Shown in pieces: positions 19,956 to 30,557 of a stretch of 64,000 nucleotides of DNA (position 1 is the stretch's first letter; each line of letters opens with the position of its first letter). The position numbers and the translations under genes were made by a program. The notes under the pieces were generated by a model. That model worked only from the letters and a program-made list of their open reading frames with translations. It did no database searches and was not told where the DNA came from. Origin of the DNA: Patescibacteria group bacterium (GTDB lineage: Bacteria; Patescibacteriota; Patescibacteriia; UBA1558; S5-K13); assembly GCA_028692545.1 (NCBI GenBank), contig JAQUXC010000002.1, positions 28,082 through 92,081 on the forward strand, in the 5' to 3' direction.

Positions 19956-22900
19956 ATGAAAATAGAATTAGACAAAGCATACGAAGCGAAAAAATTTGAA
20001 GACGATATATATCAAGAGTGGCTAAACTCTGGATATTTTAATCCTGACAATTTACAAAAAAGAAATAATAAAAGTTTTTCTATAGTCTTACCTCCTCCAA
20101 ATGTCACTGGACAACTTCATATTGGTCATGCAGCAATGCTTGCATATCAAGATTTAATAGTTAGATATCATAGAATGAGAGGTGATAAAACTCTATGGCT
20201 TCCAGGTATGGATCACGCTGCTATTGCAACACAAACTGTGGTTGATAAAAAATTAAAAGCAAAAGGAATAGATAGGCATGAAATTGGAAGAGAAAAATTT
20301 TTGGAAGAAGTAGATAATTTCGTACAAGAATCAAAAACAGTTATAAAAAATCAACTCCAAAAAATGGGCTCATCTCTAGATTGGTCAAGAGAGAGATATA
20401 CAATGGACAAAGGAATTACCAAAGAAGTTCAACATGTTTTTAGAAAATTGTATGAAGATGGACTTATATATAGAGGCGAAAGAGTTATAAATTGGTGCCC
20501 ACATTGTAAATCCACTTTGGCCGATGATGAAGTTGAGCATCGCGAACAAAATACAAAGTTATATTATTTCAAATATTCTAAAGATTTTCCTATCACAATA
20601 GCAACATCCCGCCCTGAGACAAAACTTGGTGATACTGCAGTTGCAGTAAATCCAAAAGATGAAAGGTACAAAAAATATATCGGAAAAACATTTGATATAA
20701 CTTTTTGTGGCATAAAATTACATATAAAAATTATTGCTGATAGAAATGTAGATATGAATTTTGGAACAGGTGCACTTGGTGTAACGCCAGCTCACTCAGC
20801 AATAGATGCAGATCTTGCAAAAGAACATAATTTAAAAATAATAAAAGTTATAGACAAAGATGGAAAGATTTTACCAGGATTTGGAAAATTCTCTGGACTC
20901 AATACAAAAGAAGCAAGTAAAAAAATCATAGAAGAATTAAAGAAAAATAAGCTCATAGAAAAAATTGATGAATATAATAATAATTTATCAATATGTTATA
21001 GATGTGATACTCCAATAGAGCCAATGCCACTTGAGCAATGGTTTGTAAATGTAAACAAAAAAATAAAAAGTAAAAACAATAAAACTCTCAAACAATTATC
21101 AACAGAGGTTGTAAAAAATGGATCTATAAAAATTATTCCGCAGAGGTTTGATAAAGTATATTTTGAATGGATGAATAATTTGAAAGATTGGTGTATTTCA
21201 AGGCAACTTTGGTTTGGACACAGAATGCCTGTTTGGTACAAAGACAAAGAAATTTGGGTACCAAAAACTATTACAGAATTATATGTGATGAGACATGGGG
21301 CGACAGACTGGAATAAAGAAGGAAAAATCCAAGGAAAAACCGATGTTCCAATTGATGAAGACAATGTAAAAAATATAGAAAAAATTGCAGAAAATTTAAA
21401 GAATGAAAAATTTGATATTATAATTTCTTCAACACAAAAAAGAGCAAGACAAACAGCAGAAATAATAAATCAAAAATTAAATATTACTCTTCTTACAAAT
21501 GAATTACTAGTAGAAAGAGATTATGCGGGATTTGAAGGAAAAGAAGCAAAGAAAGTTGCTAAAGAATATCCAGAATATAAAAATAATAAAATTAAATTTG
21601 ATATTCCTGGAGAAGAAGAGAGCTACGATGATATGAAAAAACGTGTAGAAAAATTTTTAGAATACATTAATAAAAATTATAGCAACAAAAAAATACTTAT
21701 AATAACTCACAATGCTGTTATAAGAACTTTTAATATAATTATCAATGAATTAAATGATGAAGAAGCTTCAAAATATAAATTACAACATGAAAAAATAGAA
21801 AAATATCAAATACTTGATGGAAAATATAAAATAAAAGACTGGAAACAAGACCCTGATACATTGGATACTTGGTTTTCTTCTGCACTTTGGACATTTACAA
21901 CACTTGGTGGACCAAACAAAACAAAAGATTTGAAAGATTTTCACCCCACATCTGTAATGGAAACGGGTTATGATATATTATTTTTCTGGGTTGCAAGAAT
22001 GATACTTCTTACAACATATATATTAGATGATATTCCATTTCACACTGTATATCTTCATGGGCTCGTAAGAGACAAAAATGGCAAAAAAATGTCCAAATCA
22101 CTTGGAAATGGAATAGATCCGCTTGATGTAATAAAAAAATATGGAGCAGATGCCTTAAGACTTTCTATGATAATAGGATCAACGCCAGGAAATGATGTAA
22201 AATTGTATGATGAAAAAATATCTGGTTATAGAAATTTTATAAATAAATTATGGAATATTTCAAGATATATTCTTACAAATATAGAAAATCCTAAACTAAT
22301 AGAAAAAAAACCAGAGGCTATTACACTTTCTGATAAATGGATACTAGATGAACTTGATAAAATAATTTACAATACAACTTTAAAAATAGAAAACTTTCAA
22401 TTCTCCCCTGCTGGAGAAGATTTATATGAATTTACTTGGAACAAATTAGCTGATTGGTATATTGAAATTTCAAAATTAGAAAAATCCGCCGACGCTAAAG
22501 CTATGGCGGACAAGGATGAAATATTATTATATATACTTCAAAATTTGTTAAAATTATGGCATCCATTTACTCCATATATAACAGAAGTAATATGGAAAAA
22601 TTTTAGCAATGAATTACTCTTGATACAAAAATGGCCTGAAGTAAAAATCAAGCTAAGCTCGAAGAAATACAAAGAAAACAAAAAGGTAAAGGATGAATTT
22701 TTTATAATACAAAATATAATAACTGAAATAAGAAAATTCAAAAATATAAATAAAATAGACCCGGCAAAAATTATCAATTGTCATATAGAATCAAAAAAAT
22801 ATGAAAAATTGATAAAAGAAAATTCAAAAATCATAGAAATCCTATCTAGAATAAAATTACAAAATAATTTGTACAAAGAAAAAATCCATATTCCAAATAT

Positions 22901-23093
22901 AGATATATATATTGAAATAATTATAGATAAAAAAGAAACCGAAAAACAGATTATCGAACTAGAAAAATATATAAATACTCTTGAAACAAAATTAGCAAAT
23001 AAACAATTCATAGACAATGCGCCAAATGAAATTGTAGAAGCTGAAAAAAAGAAATTAAGAGATGCAAAAGAATTATTAAATAAATTAAAATAA
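19956..23093 (+). CDS. valS: Valine--tRNA ligase carrying an inserted histidine-phosphatase (PGAM-like) domain
   Basis: PPPNVTGQLHIGHA (HIGH), KMSKS, WCISRQLWFGHRMP and DTLDTWFSS motifs. A roughly 190-aa insert with RHGATDWN and IITHNAVIR lies between the last two. Confidence 0.9.
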   Translation: MKIELDKAYEAKKFEDDIYQEWLNSGYFNPDNLQKRNNKSFSIVLPPPNVTGQLHIGHAAMLAYQDLIVRYHRMRGDKTLWLPGMDHAAIATQTVVDKKLKAKGIDRHEIGREKFLEEVDNFVQESKTVIKNQLQKMGSSLDWSRERYTMDKGITKEVQHVFRKLYEDGLIYRGERVINWCPHCKSTLADDEVEHREQNTKLYYFKYSKDFPITIATSRPETKLGDTAVAVNPKDERYKKYIGKTFDITFCGIKLHIKIIADRNVDMNFGTGALGVTPAHSAIDADLAKEHNLKIIKVIDKDGKILPGFGKFSGLNTKEASKKIIEELKKNKLIEKIDEYNNNLSICYRCDTPIEPMPLEQWFVNVNKKIKSKNNKTLKQLSTEVVKNGSIKIIPQRFDKVYFEWMNNLKDWCISRQLWFGHRMPVWYKDKEIWVPKTITELYVMRHGATDWNKEGKIQGKTDVPIDEDNVKNIEKIAENLKNEKFDIIISSTQKRARQTAEIINQKLNITLLTNELLVERDYAGFEGKEAKKVAKEYPEYKNNKIKFDIPGEEESYDDMKKRVEKFLEYINKNYSNKKILIITHNAVIRTFNIIINELNDEEASKYKLQHEKIEKYQILDGKYKIKDWKQDPDTLDTWFSSALWTFTTLGGPNKTKDLKDFHPTSVMETGYDILFFWVARMILLTTYILDDIPFHTVYLHGLVRDKNGKKMSKSLGNGIDPLDVIKKYGADALRLSMIIGSTPGNDVKLYDEKISGYRNFINKLWNISRYILTNIENPKLIEKKPEAITLSDKWILDELDKIIYNTTLKIENFQFSPAGEDLYEFTWNKLADWYIEISKLEKSADAKAMADKDEILLYILQNLLKLWHPFTPYITEVIWKNFSNELLLIQKWPEVKIKLSSKKYKENKKVKDEFFIIQNIITEIRKFKNINKIDPAKIINCHIESKKYEKLIKENSKIIEILSRIKLQNNLYKEKIHIPNIDIYIEIIIDKKETEKQIIELEKYINTLETKLANKQFIDNAPNEIVEAEKKKLRDAKELLNKLK

Positions 23094-23183
23094 AAACACA
23101 AAACTTCGACCAAAAACCGAAGTTTTAAAATATTGACAAATTTCTATTATAGAATAAACTATACAATTACATTGGGAGGAAAG

Positions 23184-23576
23184 ATGAATATAGTTAAAAT
23201 TCTTATTGCCGATTCAAACGTAGTAAACAGAACAAAGTTAATTAGATTACTAAAAAAACTCACAGAAAATGATAATTGTTATCTATTATTTGACGAAGCA
23301 TGTTCTGGAGATGAATGCATCAAATCAATCGCAAAAAAAGGAAATCCAAATCTCCTTATATTAGAAGATTTCTTCTATGAAAAAGAAAATGGTCCAAATA
23401 TTGTTGCAAAACTCCGAATGAAAAGATCCACCAGATATCTTCCGATAATTGCTATTGGAAATGGAGCCAGATTAAAACAAGAATTTGAAGCAGTAGAGGT
23501 AAATGGATTTATAAATTTTTTAACGTTCAAACCAGAATCACTCTGGATAATGGTAAAAGATGCTATACAAAACTAA
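23184..23576 (+). CDS. Stand-alone CheY-like receiver domain protein
   Basis: ILIADSN...LLILED...IIAIG pattern. Strong GGGAGGAAAG RBS before the ATG at 23184. Confidence 0.5.
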   Translation: MNIVKILIADSNVVNRTKLIRLLKKLTENDNCYLLFDEACSGDECIKSIAKKGNPNLLILEDFFYEKENGPNIVAKLRMKRSTRYLPIIAIGNGARLKQEFEAVEVNGFINFLTFKPESLWIMVKDAIQN

Positions 23577-23603
23577 AGACCCTTGTTTTTCTGGGGTCTT
23601 TTA
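23577..23603 (+). terminator. Intrinsic terminator
   Basis: agaccc-ttgtttttct-ggggtct followed by ttt. Confidence 0.6.
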
Positions 23604-23716
23604 GATATATAAATATAATAAAAATAGCAATTATGAATAAAATTTTAAAATTGACAAAAGCTCGAAAATAAGCTAAAATCTTGATATAATATTAACAAAA
23701 TAACAAATAAATATTT

Positions 23717-23953
23717 ATGTCCGTACCAAAGAAACATCATACTTCGTCTGCCAGAGATCAAAGAAGATCACATCATGCACTTAAAAAAACTACTTTAGTA
23801 CAATGTCCAAAATGCAAACAAACAATTGCACCTCATAGAGTTTGTAAATATTGTGGTTATTACAATGGAGAAGAAATAATAAAAATAAAAACTACTTTAG
23901 ATAAGAAAAAAGCTAAAAAAGAAAAAGAAGCAAAAAAAGAGGCAAAGCAATAG
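23717..23953 (+). CDS. rpmF: 50S ribosomal protein L32
   Basis: MSVPKKHHTSSARDQRRSHHALK plus a CxxC...CxxC zinc ribbon. Confidence 0.85.
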   Translation: MSVPKKHHTSSARDQRRSHHALKKTTLVQCPKCKQTIAPHRVCKYCGYYNGEEIIKIKTTLDKKKAKKEKEAKKEAKQ

Positions 23954-23987
23954 CTCTCCTCTTTTTTTGTTATTAAAATAAAAATCT

Positions 23988-24437
23988 ATGTCTAATAGAC
24001 ATCTGTCTAGAACAATAGTTTTACAAACACTTTTTACTTGGGACTTCAATAAAACCCCTGGGAATCCAGAGAAACTATTAGAATACATCACAAAAGAAGT
24101 TACTCCAGATATAGACAAAGATGAATTTGCAAAAATTTTATTAAATGGTGTTGTAACAAAATGGAAAGAATTAAATGGTTTAATACTAAAATACGCCCCT
24201 GAGTGGCCATTAAAACAAATAAACATAATAGATAGGAATATCCTTAGAATTGGTATATATGAACTAAAATATTCCAAAGAAATTCCACCAAAAGTAGCTA
24301 TAAATGAATCAATAGAACTATCTAAAAATTATGGCAGTGATAATAGTAGTAAATTTATAAATGGAGTACTTGGATCAATATATAAAGAACTTGGTGGAAA
24401 TATTGAAGATTTGGAAATAAAAATAGAAGAAGAATAA
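23988..24437 (+). CDS. nusB: Transcription antitermination factor NusB
   Basis: RIGIYEL...[15 protein letters not shown]...KFINGVL, colinear with NusB. Confidence 0.8.
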   Translation: MSNRHLSRTIVLQTLFTWDFNKTPGNPEKLLEYITKEVTPDIDKDEFAKILLNGVVTKWKELNGLILKYAPEWPLKQINIIDRNILRIGIYELKYSKEIPPKVAINESIELSKNYGSDNSSKFINGVLGSIYKELGGNIEDLEIKIEEE

Positions 24438-24492
24438 ATAATATTCATTTAGCTGACAGCCATTAGCCTTTGCGGAGCTAAAAACAAATACA

Positions 24493-25188
24493 ATGAAAGA
24501 CAAAACACAAGAATTTGCAAAAAAAATAAAAATATCATTTAATGATATAGATTTATTAAAACAGGCTTTTGTACATAAATCTTTCTTAAATGAAAATCAA
24601 AATTTCAAATTAAAAAATAATGAGAGATTGGAATTTCTTGGAGATGCAGTATTAGAACTTATAACAACTGACTTTTTATTTCGTCAATTTCCAGAAAAAC
24701 CAGAAGGAGATCTTACTAATATAAGAGCAAGTTTGGTAAATTCAAATACATTATCAGATGTTGCTCAAAATTTAGAGATAGATAAATATCTTTTTCTAAG
24801 TCGAGGTGAATCAAAGGACAAAAATAGTAAAGCTAGAAGATATATTATGGCTGATTCAGTAGAGGCTATAATAGGAGCGATTTATATAGACAAAAACTAC
24901 GATGAAGCAAAGAAATTTGTAGAAAAAAATATATTATATAAAATAGATGAAATATTAGAAAAAGAATTATACATGGATCCAAAAACAAAGTTTCAAGAAA
25001 AAGCACAAGAACAATACAATATAACACCAAAATACAAACTAATTGGCGAAAAAGGACCAGATCACAATAAAATATTCACAGTAGGGCTATATATAGATGA
25101 AAAACTAATATCAAAAGCAGAAGGAAGCTCAAAACAAGAAGCAGAAATAAATGCTGCAATATTGGGACTTAAAAAACAAAACTGGTAA
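24493..25188 (+). CDS. rnc: Ribonuclease III
   Basis: ERLEFLGDAVLEL signature and a C-terminal dsRBD. Confidence 0.9.
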   Translation: MKDKTQEFAKKIKISFNDIDLLKQAFVHKSFLNENQNFKLKNNERLEFLGDAVLELITTDFLFRQFPEKPEGDLTNIRASLVNSNTLSDVAQNLEIDKYLFLSRGESKDKNSKARRYIMADSVEAIIGAIYIDKNYDEAKKFVEKNILYKIDEILEKELYMDPKTKFQEKAQEQYNITPKYKLIGEKGPDHNKIFTVGLYIDEKLISKAEGSSKQEAEINAAILGLKKQNW

Positions 25189-25274
25189 AATAAAAAAATA
25201 TACAAATTCATACCAATATAACACAAATGATTAGTATAATTAGTAAAATTCGCATACAAAAATAAAACAAAACA

Positions 25275-27893
25275 ATGTTCTTAAAGAAAATAGAAATCCA
25301 AGGATTTAAATCCTTTGCACATAAAACTGAATTACAATTTAATAGAAATCTCACGTCAATAGTTGGACCAAATGGTTCTGGAAAATCAAACATATCTGAT
25401 GCTATAAGATGGGTTACTGGTGAACAAAGCCAAAAACTTCTTCGTACAAAAAAAGCTGAAGAGATTATTTTTGCTGGCTCAGACAAAAAAAGCAAATTAG
25501 GAATGGCCGAAGTAAGTATTTTTTTGGATAACAAAAACAAAAAAATTCCACTAGACTTTGATGAGGTTGTTATTACAAGACGAATTTTCAGAAATGGAGA
25601 AAGTGAATATATAATAAACAAAAATAAAGTAAGGTTATTAGATATACAACTACTACTAGCTAGAGCGAATTTTGGACAAGGTAATTATTCAATAGTAGGA
25701 CAAGGAATGATAGATTCTATATTAAACCAATCCTCTGCTTCAAGAAAAGATTTCTTTGATGAAGCAACTGGTGTAAAAGAATATCAAATAAAAAAAGAAA
25801 AGTCACAAAACAAGTATATAAGCACTCAAAACAATTTAAAACAAAGCAATCTTATACTAAATGAAATTTCTCCTAGACTTAAATATCTTACAAAACAAGT
25901 AAATAAATTAAAGAAACAAGAAGAAACAAAAATTCAATTAGAAGAACTTCAAAACAACTACTACGGATTTATAATTTCTGAAATGAATACAAAAATAAAA
26001 GAAATCGAACAAAAACTCAAAGAAAAAAACAAAGAAAAAGAAAACCTTCAAATAAAACTTGAGCATGAACAATCTGAAATAGAAAAAGAAAAAAATAAAA
26101 ATACTTATAGCAGAGAATTTTCTGATTTGCAATTGGAATATCAAAAACTTATAGATACAAGGAACAACTTATCACACGACAAGGTAGTTTATCAAGGAAA
26201 ATTAGATATAGAATTTTCTTCCAATGGAAAAAGTAATCTTATTTGGCTTGGAAATCATAAAGAAGAACTTGAAAAAGAATACGATCAAAATGAATCTGAA
26301 ATTACAAATGAAGAAAAAAATATAACATCCATACAAATTCATCTTGATGAAAAAATCGTAAAGCAAGAAAATTTTATATCAAAAATAAATGAAATAAAAT
26401 CTCAACTAGAGGAAATATCTAACTCAAATACAAATAAAGATTCTATAAATATAAAAGAAAGAATAAAAAGATTAAATGATTCAATACAAAATGTTGTCAA
26501 AAACATAAAGAATCTCAGTAAAGATGAATTGGAAAAAGAGTTTTATTTTATAGAAAAAGAAGTTCAATATATAAATAAATCAGTCAATAATGAAAATTCA
26601 GATGTAAAGACAAAATATGAAGAAGTACAAAAGGAATTTAATAAATATCTAAGTAGTAAAGATTCTTTAGTAAATGAAATTTTTGAATTAAAAAATCAAA
26701 AAAATATAATAGAAAATAAATTAACTAATCTAAAAAGAAGACAAGAAGATATAAAAATTAAACTTAATAAAATAAAAATTGATATAGAAATATCTAATTC
26801 AGAAGACAAATCAAAAAATCAAAAACAAATAGAAGAAATGATAGGTGATATTGATAAAAAAACTGAAATTCTAAATGAGAAAATATCAATCTCAAAAAAA
26901 GAAATAGAAAATCTAGACAAAAAAAATCAAGAAAACAGAAACAAATTGTTTGATGCTCAAAAACAGGCACAATCAATACAAAATGCACTAAATATAATAA
27001 ATTCAGAAATACAGGATTTAAATATAAACATAGCTAGACTTCAAACCAAAAAAGAAGATATAGACAACGAAATAAAATATGAAAATATAGATTTAGAAAA
27101 ATTAAATTATAATGCAAAAGATATAGACAAAGATTACAGCTTATCTCAAATCAATAAATACAAAAATCAATCTGCTCAGATTGGAGAAATAGAAGAAAAT
27201 GTAGAAGAAGAATACACAAAAGTAAATGAAAAATATGAATTTCTAGAAAAACAACTTACAGATCTAGAAGAAGCATCAAAAAATTTAAAAAGAATCATTG
27301 AAGATTTAGAGATAAAAATAGAAGAAAGATTTAATACGAATTTCAAAAAAATAAATGAGGCTTTTAATAAATATTTTCAAGTGCTCTTTGAAGGCGGAAA
27401 TGCTGGTCTTGTTATAAAAAAAGAGGAAAATATAAAAACAACAAATACTGAAAATGAAAATAGTGAAGAAAATGAAGAAGAGAAAGAGGATATAGAAAAT
27501 GAAGAATCAAATATATATAATGACAGAAAATGTATAGCTGATATAATAATTTCAGTAAAAATTCCAGGTAAAAAGCTCACAAGTATGAATGTATTGTCGG
27601 GTGGAGAAAGATCTCTTACATCAATTGCACTAATTTGTGCAATCATAGACAACAATCCATCTCCATTTGTAGTACTAGATGAAGTAGATGCAGCACTTGA
27701 TGAAGCAAACTCTGAAAGATTTGCAGAAATAGTAGATATGTTAAAAAACAAAACCCAATTTATATGCATAACACACAATCGTGCCACAATGCATAAGTCA
27801 AATACATTATATGGAGTTACAATGGATGACAATGGAATATCAAAAATACTTTCTATAAGTTTTAATGAAGCAGAAAAATATAGCGAACAATAA
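25275..27893 (+). CDS. smc: Chromosome segregation protein SMC (short form)
   Basis: N-terminal Walker A GPNGSGKSN, a long coiled coil, C-terminal LSGGERSLTSIAL signature and Walker B VLDEVDAALD. Confidence 0.8.
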   Translation: MFLKKIEIQGFKSFAHKTELQFNRNLTSIVGPNGSGKSNISDAIRWVTGEQSQKLLRTKKAEEIIFAGSDKKSKLGMAEVSIFLDNKNKKIPLDFDEVVITRRIFRNGESEYIINKNKVRLLDIQLLLARANFGQGNYSIVGQGMIDSILNQSSASRKDFFDEATGVKEYQIKKEKSQNKYISTQNNLKQSNLILNEISPRLKYLTKQVNKLKKQEETKIQLEELQNNYYGFIISEMNTKIKEIEQKLKEKNKEKENLQIKLEHEQSEIEKEKNKNTYSREFSDLQLEYQKLIDTRNNLSHDKVVYQGKLDIEFSSNGKSNLIWLGNHKEELEKEYDQNESEITNEEKNITSIQIHLDEKIVKQENFISKINEIKSQLEEISNSNTNKDSINIKERIKRLNDSIQNVVKNIKNLSKDELEKEFYFIEKEVQYINKSVNNENSDVKTKYEEVQKEFNKYLSSKDSLVNEIFELKNQKNIIENKLTNLKRRQEDIKIKLNKIKIDIEISNSEDKSKNQKQIEEMIGDIDKKTEILNEKISISKKEIENLDKKNQENRNKLFDAQKQAQSIQNALNIINSEIQDLNINIARLQTKKEDIDNEIKYENIDLEKLNYNAKDIDKDYSLSQINKYKNQSAQIGEIEENVEEEYTKVNEKYEFLEKQLTDLEEASKNLKRIIEDLEIKIEERFNTNFKKINEAFNKYFQVLFEGGNAGLVIKKEENIKTTNTENENSEENEEEKEDIENEESNIYNDRKCIADIIISVKIPGKKLTSMNVLSGGERSLTSIALICAIIDNNPSPFVVLDEVDAALDEANSERFAEIVDMLKNKTQFICITHNRATMHKSNTLYGVTMDDNGISKILSISFNEAEKYSEQ

Positions 27894-28057
27894 AACTATA
27901 AAACTAAAAAAACTTATTATATAATAATTATATTACAAAATTGAATTACAAATATACTTGTAAAACCTCATCAATATTGACATAAATCACAAAATGCGAT
28001 ATTATACTCCCAAGCGTCACGGCTCAAAAATTTATTAAATTTAATCTAAAATAATGT

Positions 28058-28627
28058 ATGTTAAGTATTAGATTCAAAAGAGTTGGAAGAAAAAAAGCTC
28101 CATCCTATAGAATAGTTGTAATGGAAAAACAAAAAGATCCATGGTCAAACTATATAGAAAAGCTAGGATTTTTCGATCCAAAAACCAAAGAAACAGTATT
28201 AAAAGAAGACAGAATAAAATATTGGCTTAGTGTTGGAGCACAAGCTTCAAACACAGTAAGTAATTTACTTCTAAAAAATGGTATTATCGAAGATATAAAG
28301 AAAAAAGCTGTAAAAATCAGCAAAAAAAGACAAACAAAAATAGGTGATAAGAAAAAACTAGAAGAAGAGACAAAAGCCAAAAAAGAAGCAAAAGCTATAG
28401 CAGATGAAGAAGCAAGAGTTATGAAAGAAGCAGAAGAAGCAAAAACTAAAGAAGTTGTAGTAGAAGAAACACCCACTCCTGAAGAACCAAAAACTGAAAC
28501 TACAGAATCTACCCCTACTGAAGTTGCAGAAAATAAAGAAGCTCCTATTACTGAAAAACCTGTAGAAGAAATTCCAACTAAAGATTCTGTTGAAACATCA
28601 AAAATAGTAGAAGAAAAAACTGAATAA
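28058..28627 (+). CDS. rpsP: 30S ribosomal protein S16 with a Lys/Glu-rich C-terminal extension
   Basis: IRFKRVGRKKAPSYRIVV N-terminus. Confidence 0.85.
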   Translation: MLSIRFKRVGRKKAPSYRIVVMEKQKDPWSNYIEKLGFFDPKTKETVLKEDRIKYWLSVGAQASNTVSNLLLKNGIIEDIKKKAVKISKKRQTKIGDKKKLEEETKAKKEAKAIADEEARVMKEAEEAKTKEVVVEETPTPEEPKTETTESTPTEVAENKEAPITEKPVEEIPTKDSVETSKIVEEKTE

Positions 28628-28667
28628 TTTCACATTTCCACCAGGTCATTCGACCTGATGGAATTAA

Positions 28668-28742
28668 GCGAGTATCGTATAGTGGCTATTATACGGCCTT
28701 GCCAAGGCTGAGAGACGGGTCCGATTCCCGTTACTCGCTCCA
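28668..28742 (+). tRNA. tRNA-Gly (anticodon GCC); integration target
   Basis: Acceptor GCGAGTA/TACTCGC, anticodon arm CGGCC-TTGCCAA-GGCTG, T-arm ACGGG-TCCGATT-CCCGT, and CCA. Confidence 0.8.
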
Positions 28743-28773
28743 TTAAAGACGCCTATTTATGGGTCTTTTTTGT

Positions 28774-29853
28774 TTATGGCAAACAAATTGTGGCCATATT
28801 GTGGCCAATATTATATTTCTGTTCACTTAAAGACCTTATTGCATCAACTGTCGCAAGTGGTCCAAGATGAGAATATCTCATTGTAGTTTTAACATCAGAA
28901 TGCCCCAATAACTCTTTTACAACAAGTATTGAAATTCCTCTTTGAACTAAATGAGAAGCAAATGTATGTCTTAAATTATGCCATCCTATTTTTCTTAAAC
29001 CACTTAACTGACAGGCACTATGAAGTTTGTTTAGTGCCAAATTTGAAGTATAAGATTTTCCATTAACATTTGGGAATACTAAACCTGTTTTTATAGATCT
29101 GGCTTCAAGCATATCAAGAAGTTGTGGTGCAAGAGGGATATATCTAATCTTATTACTTTTTGTGCTCCCAATTAATCCTCTGGTAATAGAACGACGAATA
29201 ATAATTTTCTTATTCTTAAGGTCAACATCACTCCAATCAAGGACTGCCAATTCCCCAAATCTTAAACCAGTCATATAAACCATCAGAATCATTTCTCCTA
29301 TTATTTCATTTGCGCCAATTAGAAGTGAAGATAACTCTTCATTACTTAGAAAATCAAATTTCTGTGGTGGAACATTTAATAACCTCATTTTTGGAACTTG
29401 ATTTACACACTCCCATTCTTGAGCCGTCTTAAGACATTTACTTAGAATTGTTAAAATATTGTTGATTGTCTTTGGACTTAATCCTTCCTCAAGTTTCTTT
29501 GCTTTGAACTCCTCTATCTTCAGCACACTTATCTTGTTTAGTGGGAGTTTACCAAAAAAAGGAATTAAATGTTTATCAAGAATATACTTTTTTCCTACTT
29601 GCTCAGATGGTTTATTATTATTCATTACATAGGTTTTATGCCATTTATATGAAAACTCTTCAAATAATGGAATCTTAATCTCTTTTACTTTTTCAACTAT
29701 CTCTTCACCACGAGCTAATTTCTGTCTAATCAAAGACTCGTAAACTTTGGCCCCAGCAAAGCTATTTTCAGGACTAGGCATTCTATATCTTATTCTATTG
29801 AATCTAAAACCTATCCAATATTTTTTTCCTCTCTTAAAAATACTCATATTCAT
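28774..29853 (-). CDS. int: Tyrosine site-specific integrase (phage integrase family)
   Basis: C-terminal catalytic box WHNLRHTFAS...LLGHSDVKTTMRYSHL (R, HxxR, Y). It sits adjacent to the tRNA. Confidence 0.9.
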   Translation of the reverse strand: MNMSIFKRGKKYWIGFRFNRIRYRMPSPENSFAGAKVYESLIRQKLARGEEIVEKVKEIKIPLFEEFSYKWHKTYVMNNNKPSEQVGKKYILDKHLIPFFGKLPLNKISVLKIEEFKAKKLEEGLSPKTINNILTILSKCLKTAQEWECVNQVPKMRLLNVPPQKFDFLSNEELSSLLIGANEIIGEMILMVYMTGLRFGELAVLDWSDVDLKNKKIIIRRSITRGLIGSTKSNKIRYIPLAPQLLDMLEARSIKTGLVFPNVNGKSYTSNLALNKLHSACQLSGLRKIGWHNLRHTFASHLVQRGISILVVKELLGHSDVKTTMRYSHLGPLATVDAIRSLSEQKYNIGHNMATICLP

Positions 29854-30077
29854 TTTGAGATTACGTTGACTTGGACATTGTCTAAATAAGCCAGAACATC
29901 TTCTTTCTTAAATCTTAAGCTACCACCAATTTTGTAAAACTTGATTACTCTTTGATCTACCAACCTATAAACAGTTGGAGTAGAAATACTAAAAAATTTA
30001 GCAAGATCAATTGGTGTTAAGAATGGTTTATTTATAATTTTGTCCAAATCTTCAATCATTTTATTGTTAAGGAACAA
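29850..30077 (-). CDS. xis: Excisionase/MerR-type HTH DNA-binding protein
   Basis: 75 aa; the ISTPTVYRLV helix-turn-helix overlaps the integrase start. Confidence 0.65.
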   Translation of the reverse strand: MFLNNKMIEDLDKIINKPFLTPIDLAKFFSISTPTVYRLVDQRVIKFYKIGGSLRFKKEDVLAYLDNVQVNVISK

Positions 30078-30251
30078 TATTGGTGAGATAAAAACCTCTA
30101 TCTCTGGACAATATCATCCTATCATTTATTAACCTTAATTTAAAGTTATTTTATAGGTTAATTTTAAGTTTTCTTAAATATTTATAATTTAGAATTTTTA
30201 GAGGAATTGACTATTAATTGATAATTAATTTAATTTTTAATAGTATTTTTT

Positions 30252-30355
30252 ACCTGTTAATTTACAGGAAAAGCAGATAAATTTATTTTTGCTGTTAACT
30301 TGCTGATAAAACAGCATTGATTACCTGATATTTATCTGATAAAGCAGATAATTTA
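30252..30355. promoter_or_regulatory. Iteron/operator cluster upstream of the xis-int operon
   Basis: At least five copies of CWGATAW (gcagataaa, gctgataaa, cctgatatt, tctgataaa, gcagataat), including the palindrome atctgataaagcagat, plus the cctgttaatttacagg palindrome. Confidence 0.5.
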
Positions 30356-30557
30356 TACTATCATTTATTTATCCTTTGTTAATCAAAATAGATAATTACA
30401 ATATAAATATTCAATTTTGTAAAGATTTCTATTTGATATAACAAGTAAATAACATATAGTCACAATACAGTAATAATATATTTATTTATCTTATAGGGAA
30501 AAACTATATAGTAACTGTATCTATTCTGTAACAATATATAGTTACATTGTTACTATA

